Part shown: piece by piece, positions 16,117 through 27,525 of the stretch
How positions within the stretch are numbered: position 1 is the first letter of the stretch
Layout: each line of letters opens with the position of its first letter
NCBI GenBank assembly: GCA_964016885.1
Contig: OZ024747.1
Location: forward strand, 61,628,001-61,692,000
Direction: 5' to 3'
Length of the DNA: 64,000 nucleotides
Source of the DNA: Eledone cirrhosa
Lineage: Eukaryota
Made by a program: the position numbers and the translations under genes
Notes under the pieces: model-generated
The model's input: the letters and a program-made list of their open reading frames with translations, nothing else
The model's database searches: none
What the model was told of the DNA's origin: nothing

Positions 16117-17598
16117 TGCATCTGTGTGTGAGCATGTGTGTATCCGTGAGTGCATCTGTGTGTGAGCATGTGTGTATGCGTGAGTGCATCTGTGTGTGAG
16201 CATGTGTGTATGCGTGAGTGCATCTGTGTGTGAGCATGTGTGTATGCGTGAGTGCATCTGTGTGTGAGCATGTGTGTATGCGTGAGTGCATCTGTGTGTG
16301 AGCATGTGTGTATCCGTGAGTGCATCTGTGTGTGAGCATGTGTGTATGCGTGAGTGCATCTGTGTGTGAGCATGTGTGTATGCGTGAGTGCATCTGTGTG
16401 TGAGCATGTGTGTATCCGTGAGTGCATCTGTGTGTGAGCATGTGTGTATGCGTGAGTGCATCTGTGTGTGAGCATGTGTCTATGCGTGAGTGCATCTGTG
16501 TGTGAGCATGTGTGTATGCGTGAGTGCATCTGTGTGTGAGCATGTGTGTATGCGTGAGTGCATCTGTGTGTGAGCATGTGTGTATCCGTGAGTGCATCTG
16601 TGTGTGAGCATGTGTGTATGCGTGAGTGCATCTGTGTGTGAGCATGTGTGTATGCGTGAGTGCATCTGTGTGTGAGCATGTGTGTATCCGTGAGTGCATC
16701 TGTGTGTGAGCATGTGTGTATGCGTGAGTGCATCTGTGTGTGAGCATGTGTGTATCCGTGAGTGCATCTGTGTGTGAGCATGTGTGTATCCGTGAGTGCA
16801 TCTGTGTGTGAGCATGTGTGTATGCGTGAGTGCATCTGTGTGTGAGCATGTGTGTATCCGTGAGTGCATCTGTGTGTGAGCATGTGTGTATGCGTGAGTG
16901 CATCTGTGTGTGAGCATGTGTGTATGCGTGAGTGCATCTGTGTGTGAGCATGTGTCTATGCGTGAGTGCATCTGTGTGTGTGCATGTGTGTATGCGTGAG
17001 TGCATCTGTGTGTGAGCATGTGTGTATGCATGAGTGCATCTGTGTGTGAGCATGTGTGTATGCGTGAGTGCATCTGTGTGTGAGCATGTGTGTATGCGTG
17101 AGTGCATCTGTGTGTGAGCATGTGTGTATCCGTGAGTGCATCTGTGTGTGAGCATGTGTGTATGCGTGAGTGCATCTGTGTGTGAGCATGTGTGTATCCG
17201 TGAGTGCATCTGTGTGTGAGCATGTGTGTATCCGTGAGTGCATCTGTGTGTGAGCATGTGTGTATGCGTGAGTGCATCTGTGTGTGAGCATGTGTGTATC
17301 CGTGAGTGCATCTGTGTGTGAGCATGTGTGTATCCGTGAGTGCATCTGTGTGTGAGCATGTGTGTATCCGTGAGTGCATCTGTGTGTGAGCATGTGTGTA
17401 TGCGTGAGTGCATCTGTGTGTGAGCATGTGTGTATGCGTGAGTGCATCTGTGTGTGAGCATGTGTCTATGCGTGAGTGCATCTGTGTGTGTGCATGTGTG
17501 TATGCGTGAGTGCATCTGTGTGTGAGCATGTGTGTATGCATGAGTGCATCTGTGTGTGAGCATGTGTGTATGCGTGAGTGCATCTGTGTGTGAGCATG
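16117..17598. repeat. Homogeneous 34-bp minisatellite TGCATCTGTGTGTGAGCATGTGTGTAT(G/C)CGTGAG
   Basis: About 43 near-identical tandem units. Confidence 0.97.
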
Positions 17599-18309
17599 CA
17601 TGTTCTTCTCCATGTGTATGTTCTTCTCTGCACACATTCATTTATTGGCTAACAAGGTACACTTATACATGCTTCAGTCTTTTATTATTTATTCCTTGCT
17701 GTGTATTTTTCTATCTGTATCTGCCAATCTGTATTCCTGTGTTAGACACACACATACTCACACACTCATACACATACACACACACAAACATACACACACA
17801 AACACACACACAAACACACATATATGTATATAAATCACAACCCCCCCCCATCTCTCCCTATTCCTTATCTTAATTCACCAAGTATCCTTTCAATATAGAT
17901 TTAGAAAATAATTTTTCAACTCTGAAACTTTCATTTTGCCAAAGAAAATTGAAAACAAAATGGGAAAAAAAAAATTCAGAAGAAAATATATTTTATTTCA
18001 ATGTTTTCGTTTTAGTTTTATTTTGGTCTGTATATATATTTTTTATGGGTGAGAGTGAGGTTATTTTAGAAGGTTGTTTTCTGTGTACATATTCTGTGTG
18101 TAGCCTGTCTATTTCTATATCTTTTAAGTAAGCACAAGGTTAATTTCTGTTAGGGAGCACAACATTATACAATAGTATAGCAAGAGCTCTCAGCACTCAG
18201 AGATGATAAAACTTTTGGTACACCTCACCTTAATTAACAGACACAAGTGAGAGGGAATTTCGTACCACTTCTCACCTGTACTCAGGTGTGTCCTTGTTGA
18301 TAATAAAAA

Positions 18310-19625
18310 TAATAGTTTCTACTTTTGGCACAAGGCCAGCAATTACCCCCAGTGCATTACTGGTGCTTTATTTTATCGACCCCGTAAGGATGAAAGGCAA
18401 AGTTAACCTCGGCGGGATTTGAACTCAGACCGTAAAGGGCCGTACCTCTATGCTGGAAAGCATGGCGTCCGACTCTCTACTGATACTGCCAATCCACCAA
18501 CCAATAAAAATAATGGTTTCTAAATATAAGAACCAATTATATCAACCCCAGTGCATGACTGGTACTATATTTTTTGTCTTCACAAGAATGAAAGGCAAAG
18601 TTGACCTCTGCAAAATTTGAAAGCTCAATCTAGAGAGCAAATACCACGAAACATTTTCTCTAATACTAACAAATGATTTCTACTATAGGCACAAGACCAG
18701 CAATTAGGGGAGAGAGGTGAAAATTGATTTAATTGACCCCAGTGTACTACTGGTGCTTTATTTTATCGACCTCGTAAAGATGGAAGGCAAAGCTAAACTC
18801 AGTGGGATTCGAACTCAGAATGTAAAGGGACGTAACTACAGACCACAAACATAATATCCAATGCTCTACCGACACTGCCAATCCACCACTCTTATAATAA
18901 TAATAATAATAATAATAGCTGTTTCTGATTTAGGCACAAGGCCAGCAATTTTGGGTGAGGGGAAAGTTGATTAAATCAACACCAGTGCATTACTGGTACT
19001 TTGTTCTATCGACTGTGTAAGGATGAAAAAAGGCAAAGTTAACTGCGGCAAGATTTTAACTCAGAACGTAAAGGGTCATAACTCTATGCTGCAAAGCATG
19101 GTGTCCGACGCTCTAGCAATGCTGCCAATCCACCAACATCCTTAAAAATAATAGTTTCTACTTTTGGCACAAGGCCAGCAATTACCCAGTACATTACTGG
19201 TACTTTACTTTATCGACCCCGTAAGGATGAAAGGCAAAGTTAACCTCGGCGGGATTTGAAATGATTTCTAGTATAGGCACATGGCCATCAATTAGGGGGG
19301 AGGAGAAAGTCGATTTAATCGACCCCAGTGTGTGACTGGTACTTTATTTTATCGACCCCCACAAGGATGAAAGGCAAAGTTAACCTTGTAAGATTTGAAC
19401 TCAGAACATAAAGGGCCGTAACTCTATGCTGCAAAGCTTTGTGTCCGATGCTCTACCAATACTGCCAATCCACCACCATCCTTAAAAATAATGTTTCTAC
19501 TTTTGGCACAAGGCCAGCAATAACCCCAGTGCCTTACTGGTGCTTTATTTTATTGACCCTGTAACCTTGGCAGATTTGAACTCAAAACGTAAAGGGCCAT
19601 AACTCTGCTGCAGCCAAGCCACCGA
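18310..19625 (-). mobile_element. Cluster of about 7 co-oriented family-B SINE copies and fragments
   Basis: Repeated TTTCTACTTTTGGCACAAGGCCAGCAAT..ACTGGTACTTTATTTTATCGACCCCGTAAGGATGAAAGGCAAAGTTAACC..TTTGAACTCAGA..GCCAATCCACC. Confidence 0.9.
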
Positions 19626-19919
19626 CCATTGCAACAAAAATAGCTACTTCAAATTTCAGAAAGTAGATTCAGAGAACTGATAGTGAGGGTTGTATTAACC
19701 CATGACCTGCCCCCTAGGATTTCAGGTATTTTACGCCCACTCTGGTACTTTAATCTTTCATCCCATTTCAGTTTTTTTTTTATTTGACAGGTAGTTTCAG
19801 ACTAGTTAGCTTTATGAATAATAAGGCCCTGCTGAATGTGGTACTCTAGCATGGCCTTAGCTGAAACAGTCTAAAAAAAAATTATTTTATTGAACAAGCA
19901 GATAAAATGTGTGTGCAAC

Positions 19920-20150
19920 AGCTCACACCTATGCAGGTTTAGCTGGCCTCCCCCAAGATATATCTCATTGGAGGTGTCTTGGGTGATTTAATGATAGGGA
20001 CCCCAGTTCTATCATCTCATTTCTACAGCTGAGTAAACTGGAAATAAAGTGTCTTGCTCAAGGAAACAACACATTACCCGGTCCGAGAATTGAACTCACA
20101 ACCTTTCGATTGCAAGCCCAATGCTCTAACCACTAAGCCATATGCCTTCA
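19920..20150 (-). mobile_element. Family A-related SINE
   Basis: Core ATCTCATTTCTACAGCTGAGTAAACTGG..TCTTGCTCAAGGAAACAACAC and head CTCTAACCACTAAGCCA. Confidence 0.85.
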
Positions 20151-20279
20151 CAGATAAAATGAGTAACAACTGACAGGCCACAAGGTTCAAATCTATTGCA
20201 GGTATCTTGTTTACCCCATCAGTACACTATATTCTTCATAACCTCACTTTTTTATATGATTAACAGAAATTAGGAATGA

Positions 20280-20612
20280 TAGAAGGCACTCCATTAGTTA
20301 CGACAATGAGTGTTCCAGTTGATCCAATCAATGGAACAGCCAGCTTGTGAAATTAACATGCAAGTGGCTGAGCATTCCACAAACACGTGTACCCTTAACT
20401 TAGTTTTTCAGGGAGATTCAACGTGACACAGAATGTGACAAGGCTGGCCGTTCGAATTACAGGTACAACTAACTCATTTGTGCCACCTGAGTGGACTGGA
20501 GCAACATGAAATAAAGTGTCTTGCTGAAGGACACAGCATGCTTCCAGGAATCAAACTCACAACCTTACGATCGGGTACGGAATACCCTAACCACAAAGCC
20601 ACGTGCCTTCAC
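20280..20612 (-). mobile_element. tRNA-derived SINE, family D (A-like core, different tail)
   Basis: Core CTGAGTGGACTGGAGCAACATGAAATAAAGTGTCTTGCT; tail ATGCAAGTGGCTGAGCATTCC shared with a + strand copy at ~62210-62432. Confidence 0.75.
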
Positions 20613-21090
20613 ATTAACATAAATAACATCAAACCATTTAGGAATGTTACCTGTAAGGGACTGATGTCTCTAACTACTCTCAGGTCTATTATTTCTGTGT
20701 TCAGTTTTATCAAATGGGTCAACTGGTGTTATTTATGAAATATTTCTTAGCTATTTGTGTGTCACTTCTTTATCACATTAGGCAACTTTTAGTGCTACAG
20801 TCTTTTTCATTATATAGATAAAAACACTATAAGTTGAAAGCAGTTTATAAAATTCAGATATAAATTTAATTCCAAAGAAAAGAAACCGGAACATTTTTCT
20901 CTGAGAGTTCCTTATACTCTGAAGAAGGGAATTTTAAGTCCCAGAATATTAGGACAAAAGAATCAGTAGCAATAAAAACAAAACAAAGATCACCAGGTAA
21001 CTAAATTTTTCGTTACCTTCATCTTAACATCCGCTTTGCATTGTTTAGCCTTATATCACTTTCCACATTATATAATATATTATAGTTACT

Positions 21091-21400
21091 ATGTATGGAC
21101 CCGTAACTTCTGGTGGGGTTATAGGGGTGCTATAGTGACATATGGCATGTCTTGGGCATTTTAAACCTGGCAGAGCCCATCCTCTCTCTCCAGGTTGGAA
21201 TGCAGCTAATTTCTACCAGAGAAGGAGAAAGAGATATAGAGGAAGAATTAATCCTAGTACTGACCTGGTACTTTTTTATTGACCTTGAAAGGATGAAAGG
21301 GAAAGTTGGCCTTGATGGGATTTGAACTCGGAGCACAGAGAACTGGAACAAATATCAAAGTATTCTATCTGACATTCTAATGACTCTGCCAATTCACCAA
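21091..21400 (-). mobile_element. Family-C SINE (B-like head and core, distinct tail)
   Basis: Reverse complement of 22709-23031; further copy at ~41925-42135. Confidence 0.75.
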
Positions 21401-22673
21401 TTTAGGGAAAAACAAGATACCTGCAATGGTTTTGAACCTTGTGACCTGTCAGACCTGTCAGTTATTATTCATTTTATCCACTTGTTCAATAAAATAAAAT
21501 CCTTTTTAGTTTGTTTCAGCTATTACAGCTAAGACCATGCTGGAGTAACACATTCAGCAGGGCCTTATTATTCAGGATTTTATTCTTATTATAAATAATT
21601 TAGCTTTCAACTCCAGCAGGGTTGTTTACCACTTAATCAGGGATGGGCAAGACAGTTGCTTTAATTCTCTTCAGGGTTTCTGTTACTGGGAGGAAGGAGG
21701 GAGAGAGGAGTATCCTCAAAGCTGAGACCTGATCTGACTACTTGCAACAGAAAGAACTCTGTTAAAAACACCCAAGATCCAGATCGTAATGTTAAACATG
21801 ACAGCAGATTAAGTCTACCACCCAAGTAGGCTACAGTGGGTTTGGAATTCAGAACACATAGAGCTTGAACAAATACCACAAGGCATCTCTTACCCAATAC
21901 ACTAATGATTCTACCATTCCACTAATATCCTGGATTGGTACTTTATTGACTCTGAAATTATGAAAAGCAAAATTGCCCTCATTGAGATTTGTACTTAGAA
22001 GGCTGAAAGTAAATACTGTAAGCAAGGAAGTAATTGTACTATTCAATCATATTTTATCTCTACATTATTACAGCAAGAGAAGTAGCTGAAGAATTGAAGT
22101 AACATGATATTACGAAGCCGTATACCAGTAAATTGATTGTTATGAATGCTGTTTTAAGCTACAAACATTAATGCCATTTCCACTGACAATATTAGAGGAG
22201 GACATGCCAATGCCAAAATCTATACATGTTTGGAGAGATGTAACATTGAGTTGGTAGTAATTTGCTTTCAAGAGAGTCTTTCTCAGTCAATACAAACCAA
22301 CAAATAATAAACAAATGTAAATACTAATGTTACAGAAGCTTGACAGTGAATGATGAGTTATAAGTTCATACCTCACCAGTTGAAAGTTATGATATATACT
22401 AATACATCTCTTGCGATAAAACCAGCCAATAGTTACATTGGCAACAAATGAAAATGCACCAAGATTAATAGTTGGCAGTAAGAAATAAATACAGAGACTG
22501 GCAGAACATAGTTTATTGAGTACAGGTTTTAGTGAATTGAAAGGTCAGAGGTCAAAATTAGATTGTGAGCAGAGAAATATCAGTGAAATGTAATAGTTTA
22601 GTAAGAATCTACTCCATTGAATCTCCTGGTTTAGTGGAGACATGATCTGGGAGGTAGCATTGGTGGTGATTAA

Positions 22674-23206
22674 CCCTTTAGTATTTACATTACTCTATAT
22701 ATACTATTATAGGCAGTGAATTGGCAGAGTTGTTAGAACATCGGATAGAATACTTCATGGTATTCGTTCCGGTTCTCTGCTCTCTGAGTTCAAATCCTGC
22801 CAAAGTCAACTTTGCCTTTCATCCTTTCGAGGTTGATAAAGAAAGTACCAGTCTAGTACTGGGTCGATTCTTCCTCTCTCTCACTTTCTATCTTTCTCTG
22901 GAAGAAATCTTCTGTACTCAGGCCTGGAGAGGGATGGGCTCCGCCAGGCTTTAAAACTGCCCAAGAAATGCTGTATGTCAATACAGCACCCCTACAACTC
23001 TTGCAAGAGTTATGGGACCATACATACATACATATATACTATTGTATTTTCACAGAAAAGACTTTATCTCACATAATATCGAATCTATGAGATTTTGATA
23101 TTATTTATTTTGAGAACAATAGCTTAACATAAGTATAAGCAGCCAGTTTAAACAGAAAGAAGTGAGAGAATTCTGGACAGATACAGTTGGTTTAAATACT
23201 AAAGGG
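22674..23206. mobile_element. piggyBac-type MITE interrupted by a SINE
   Basis: TTAA|CCCTTTAGTATTTA ... TAAATACTAAAGGG|TTAA. Confidence 0.85.
22709..23031 (+). mobile_element. Family-C SINE with (CATA)n tail
   Basis: B box GAGTTCAAATCC; core GCCTTTCATCCTTTCGAGGTTGATAAA; 12-bp TSD ATATATACTATT at 22697-22708 and 23032-23043. Confidence 0.85.
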
Positions 23207-23674
23207 TTAAGGCAACAAAAGGGCAGAGTTATTACAGCATTGGTATTTGTTCCAGCAAACTTCACTCTGAGTTCAAATCCTGCCTTCCTTCCAAGGGCAA
23301 TAAAATAAAGTACCAGTCAAATACTTGAGTTGGTATAATCAACTCCCCACCAAAATTGTTGGTCTTGTGTCAAAATTTAGTTTTGTAAAGATTTAGTTTT
23401 GTAAAGATCAAAATTATTAAGTTTATATCCATTTTTCAATGATGGCATGGGTTGGATGAGAATTTTTGGGTCAAAGTTCTGAGCCTAGAGAGCCTTCTTG
23501 ATACCAAACCTCATTTATTATTACAAATAAGGTACGGATCTTTGCACCTTTAACCATTGAACAGTGGGGTTCTCTCTTTACACAGAATATAACTCAATAT
23601 CACCACCTGTGATATCGAATACAAAGAGAATAGACAAAATAGCACCACACACACACACACTCACACATATATAA

Positions 23675-24015
23675 TGGAGGCACATGGCTTAGTGGTTAGA
23701 GCATTGGCCTGCAATCGAAAGGTTGTGAGTTCAATTCTCAGACCGGGTGATGTGTTGTTTCCTTGAGCAAGACACTTTATTTCACATTGCTCCAGTTTAC
23801 TCAGCTGTAGAAATGAGATGATAGGGACTGGGGTCCATATCATTCCACTGTAAACTGGTCGTGGAGGTGCTACAGCAAAAAAAAGCACCCAGTACTCACT
23901 GTAAATGAGGTTGGTGTTAGGAAGGGCATCCAGCTGTAGAAATCAAGCCAGAATCAGTTCCCGCCCCACCCTTGCAAGCAGGGAAAAGCGGACATAAAAT
24001 GATGATGATGATGAT
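23675..24015 (+). mobile_element. Full-length family-A tRNA-derived SINE with RTE-type 3' tail
   Basis: A box TGGCTTAGTGG, B box GAGTTCAATTC, core CCTTGAGCAAGACACTTTATTTCACATTGCTCCAG, tail CCCACCCTTGCAAGCAGGGAAAAGCGGAC..(GAT)n. Confidence 0.92.
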
Positions 24016-24224
24016 ATATGGGTATGTTGATGTTTCTTTCTTTGCTTTTTGTTTTTCCCCGTCCATCGTCCATTGTGTTTCTTCCCAAATAGCTATCCAA
24101 GAATAATTATTGATACACTGTGGTGAATAGTCTGGTCCTTAATGCATTTGAAACTATAATGATCCACATAAGACAGCTGATGAGTGGGAATTGTCCTTGT
24201 GTTTGTGTCTTCCTTGATTCCACC

Positions 24225-26289
24225 CACGTAATGTCGACCCAATAGAGGGACCAGCAGTGTTAGTCGAGGGGAGTATAATAAGTAAGGCAATCAAGGATAT
24301 GAAGACAGGTAAGGCGGCTGGGCCTTCGGAAATAGTTGCTGAGATGCTGAAGGCATCTGGCACGGTGGGACACACCATGGTCACCCGCATAGTTAACCAA
24401 GTCGTACAGAATGGGGTTGTTCCGAAGGACTGGCATAGCAGCATCATCGTTAACTGTTATAAGGGTAAAGGAGACGCCCTAGATAGGAGTAACTATAGAG
24501 GCATTAAATTAATCGACCAGGTCATGAAGGTCACAGAAAAAGTAATAGCGCAACTAATCAGAGAGAGAATTGACCTAGATGAAATGCAGTTCGGGTTTGT
24601 GTCAGGCAAAAGTACCACAGACGCCCTTTTCATAGTACGACAACTACAGGAGAAGTACCTAGCTAAAGGTAAACCCCTCTACTTAGCTTTTGTCGACTTG
24701 GAGAAAGCCTTCGACAGAGTCCCCCGCTCCATTATCTGGTGGGCTCTTAGAAAACTAGGCGTTGACGAATGGCTTGTGAGGGCTATACAAGCCATGTATA
24801 AAGAAACAGTCAGCAAGGTTAGAATTAACAACGAATATAGTGAAGAGTTTAGCGTAAAAGTTGGCGTCCATCAGGGCTCTGTTCTCAGCCCCCTACTATT
24901 TATTATTGCCCTTCAGGCTATAACAGAGGAGTTCAAGACAGGCTGCCCATGGGAACTCCTATACGCAGACGACCTGACACTCATAGCGGAATCAATGGCC
25001 GAGCTAGAGAAGAAATTCCAAACATGGAAGCACGGCCTAGAGTCAAAAGGACTTAAAATTAACCTGGCTAAGACCAAAGTTCTAGTTTGTAGGAAAGAAA
25101 ACAAGGCGGCGGTCCCTTCTGGGAAATGGTCGTGCTCGGTGTGTAGGAAAGGCGTAGGTAGAAACTCCATTTTGTGTCCTAAATGCAAAGTATGGGTGCA
25201 TAAAAGATGTAGTGGGATCACAGGTAAGCTAACTAAGAACATAGATTTTACATGTGGCCGGTGTTCTGGTGCAATAAGTAGCAGCAAGTGCCCACACAAT
25301 ACTAGCTCTTTCAATTGCGCAGAGGGTTCTATAGAAATAGTGGACAGCTTCCGTTACCTGGGCGATAAAATCAGCAGTGGGGGAGGGTGCTCTGAAAGTA
25401 CTGTAGCTAGAGTCAGAACTGGTTGGAAAAAGTTCAGAGAGCTTATACCACTATTAGCTGCTAAAGGGTTCTCCCTAAAAATGAAAGGCAGGTTGTACGA
25501 TGCCTGCATACGAACAGCAATGTTGCATGGCAGTGAGACCTGGGCATTGTGTGCAGAGGATATACGCAGACTAGAGAGGAACGAAGCTTGCATGCTCCGC
25601 TGGATGTGTAACAGTAATATACGTGAACGGCAAAGCATAAACGAACTAAGGAAAAAATTAGAGATAAGAGGGATCAGATGTTGTTTACTCGAGAGAAGGC
25701 TACGTTGGTATGGACACGTGATGCGCATGAAAGTCGATAGCTGTATAACAAAGTGCAGGGCAATAAAGATAGACGGTAGCCATGGAATAGGCAGACCTAG
25801 AAAAACCTGGGACGAGCTGATAAACTCCGACCTCACACACTTACACCTCTCCAAGACAATGTCACTGGACCGAGACCTTTGGCGGTACTCAGTAACAGAG
25901 AAGACCCGCCTTGCCAGTAGGCATCTCTAACAAAATACACCCCGTCCCACCACCACCACCCCCACCCCATCCACACCACCCCGTCCTATGTAAAGTTATG
26001 TTGGTGCCGCGCCATCCGGGCCGAAACAAATGAGATCGTGTAGGTGTCACGACAAAAAAACACACAGTCCACGCTGTAATGTGGCCGTGTAGGCAACACG
26101 GTAAAAACCTCCCAGACCCACACTGTAAATGTGGTTGGTGTTAGGAAGGGCATCCAACTGTAGAAAACCTGCCAGACAGTCCTATGCGAGCAAGACAATC
26201 ACTCTTGCCTCAAGTGGGACTACCCCCGTCCAAACCCATGCAAGCGTGGAACACGGACGTTAAACGTTGATGATGATGATGATGATGAT
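24225..26289 (+). mobile_element. 5'-truncated RTE-clade LINE with 3' UTR and (GAT)n tail
   Basis: RT ORF, ~340-bp 3' UTR, ends CGGACGTTAAACGTT(GAT)n. Confidence 0.95.
24257..25930 (+). CDS. RTE LINE reverse transcriptase and C-terminal region (endonuclease missing; start is not a true initiation codon)
   Basis: Motifs KAAGP, NYRGIKL, QFGF, FVDLEKAFD, GVHQGSVLSPLLF, LLYADD, FRYLG, RRLRWYGHV, GRPRKTW; 557 uninterrupted codons. Confidence 0.93.
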   Translation: MLVEGSIISKAIKDMKTGKAAGPSEIVAEMLKASGTVGHTMVTRIVNQVVQNGVVPKDWHSSIIVNCYKGKGDALDRSNYRGIKLIDQVMKVTEKVIAQLIRERIDLDEMQFGFVSGKSTTDALFIVRQLQEKYLAKGKPLYLAFVDLEKAFDRVPRSIIWWALRKLGVDEWLVRAIQAMYKETVSKVRINNEYSEEFSVKVGVHQGSVLSPLLFIIALQAITEEFKTGCPWELLYADDLTLIAESMAELEKKFQTWKHGLESKGLKINLAKTKVLVCRKENKAAVPSGKWSCSVCRKGVGRNSILCPKCKVWVHKRCSGITGKLTKNIDFTCGRCSGAISSSKCPHNTSSFNCAEGSIEIVDSFRYLGDKISSGGGCSESTVARVRTGWKKFRELIPLLAAKGFSLKMKGRLYDACIRTAMLHGSETWALCAEDIRRLERNEACMLRWMCNSNIRERQSINELRKKLEIRGIRCCLLERRLRWYGHVMRMKVDSCITKCRAIKIDGSHGIGRPRKTWDELINSDLTHLHLSKTMSLDRDLWRYSVTEKTRLASRHL

Positions 26290-26434
26290 ATATATGTATA
26301 TATCTATATCCAAAATTAAGATAAATCAAATGAATTTAATCTAAATCAAAATTATGGGTGTCATGCCAGAAAGACATGCGCCATATCACCCGCAAAATAA
26401 GCTCTAAGATTCTAACGAGTAGGTCCGAGCATTT

Positions 26435-26813
26435 TATAATAACTAGAAATTGATTAACATATAAATAAACATGAATAATCACAGGAGATAATTTTTACAA
26501 GTGTGTAACCACACATAGCTAGGTAGGTAACTAAATAAAGTTGACCAGAACTTCAAAAATAGATGGAACCTCTTCCTTGTTGAAAATCCAAGTTCCCGCT
26601 TCCGTGGTTTACCATTCGATTAATTGGTGAAATATATTTCTTTAATGGAATATATACAGGGAAGATTAATCATATTATAAGGTATCTATTTTTGAAGTTC
26701 TGGTCAACTTTATTTAGTTACCTAGCTAGCTATGTGTGGTTACACACTTGTAAAAATTATCTCCTGTGATTATTCATGTTTATTTATATGTTAATCAATT
26801 TCTAGTTATTATA
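26435..26813. repeat. 130-bp inverted repeat (26435-26564 / 26684-26813) with 119-bp spacer
   Basis: Arms reverse-complementary with one mismatch seen. Confidence 0.92.
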
Positions 26814-27128
26814 TATATATATGTATGTATATTATTAACAGCAGTGATGCTACTATCACCACCACCACCACCACCACCACCACCACTAATATGTTGTCCC
26901 CCATCATCATAATCATCATCATCATCCTAAAGTTAAGATATTCAACAGTTCCTCCCACCACCACCACCTCTATTTTGTCCCCCTTAGCACCATCACCACC
27001 ACCACCACCGCTACCACCACCACCATCATCACCACCAACCACCATATAAAGATACAATATGCAAATAAGGTTATTAATATGTATCTCATTCCCTAAGGAA
27101 TAGTCAATAATTATTTATGAGATTTCAT

Positions 27129-27161
<33 letters not shown>

Positions 27162-27477
27162 ACACATAGACAGACTCATACACAAAGAAATACACACACA
27201 CACACACACACACAGATATGGACACACAAAAACACACAGATGTGCATTCACGCACACATGCACAAACACACTGACACACACACTCAGAATCATACACAAA
27301 CACACAGGTATGCATGCACGCACACACATGCGCTCACACTAAAACAGGCGCACACACAAATACGCGCGTACAGACACGTACATACACATATACATGTAAT
27401 ATCATACCAACCAACTTCTGAATACATGTTCACACACACATATATACACACACACACACACTCATATATATATATAT

Positions 27478-27522
<45 letters not shown>

Positions 27523-27525
<3 letters not shown>

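Noticed and set aside
23675-23750. tRNA gene
   Set aside because: A and B boxes present but no acceptor stem or terminator; continues into a multi-copy SINE body
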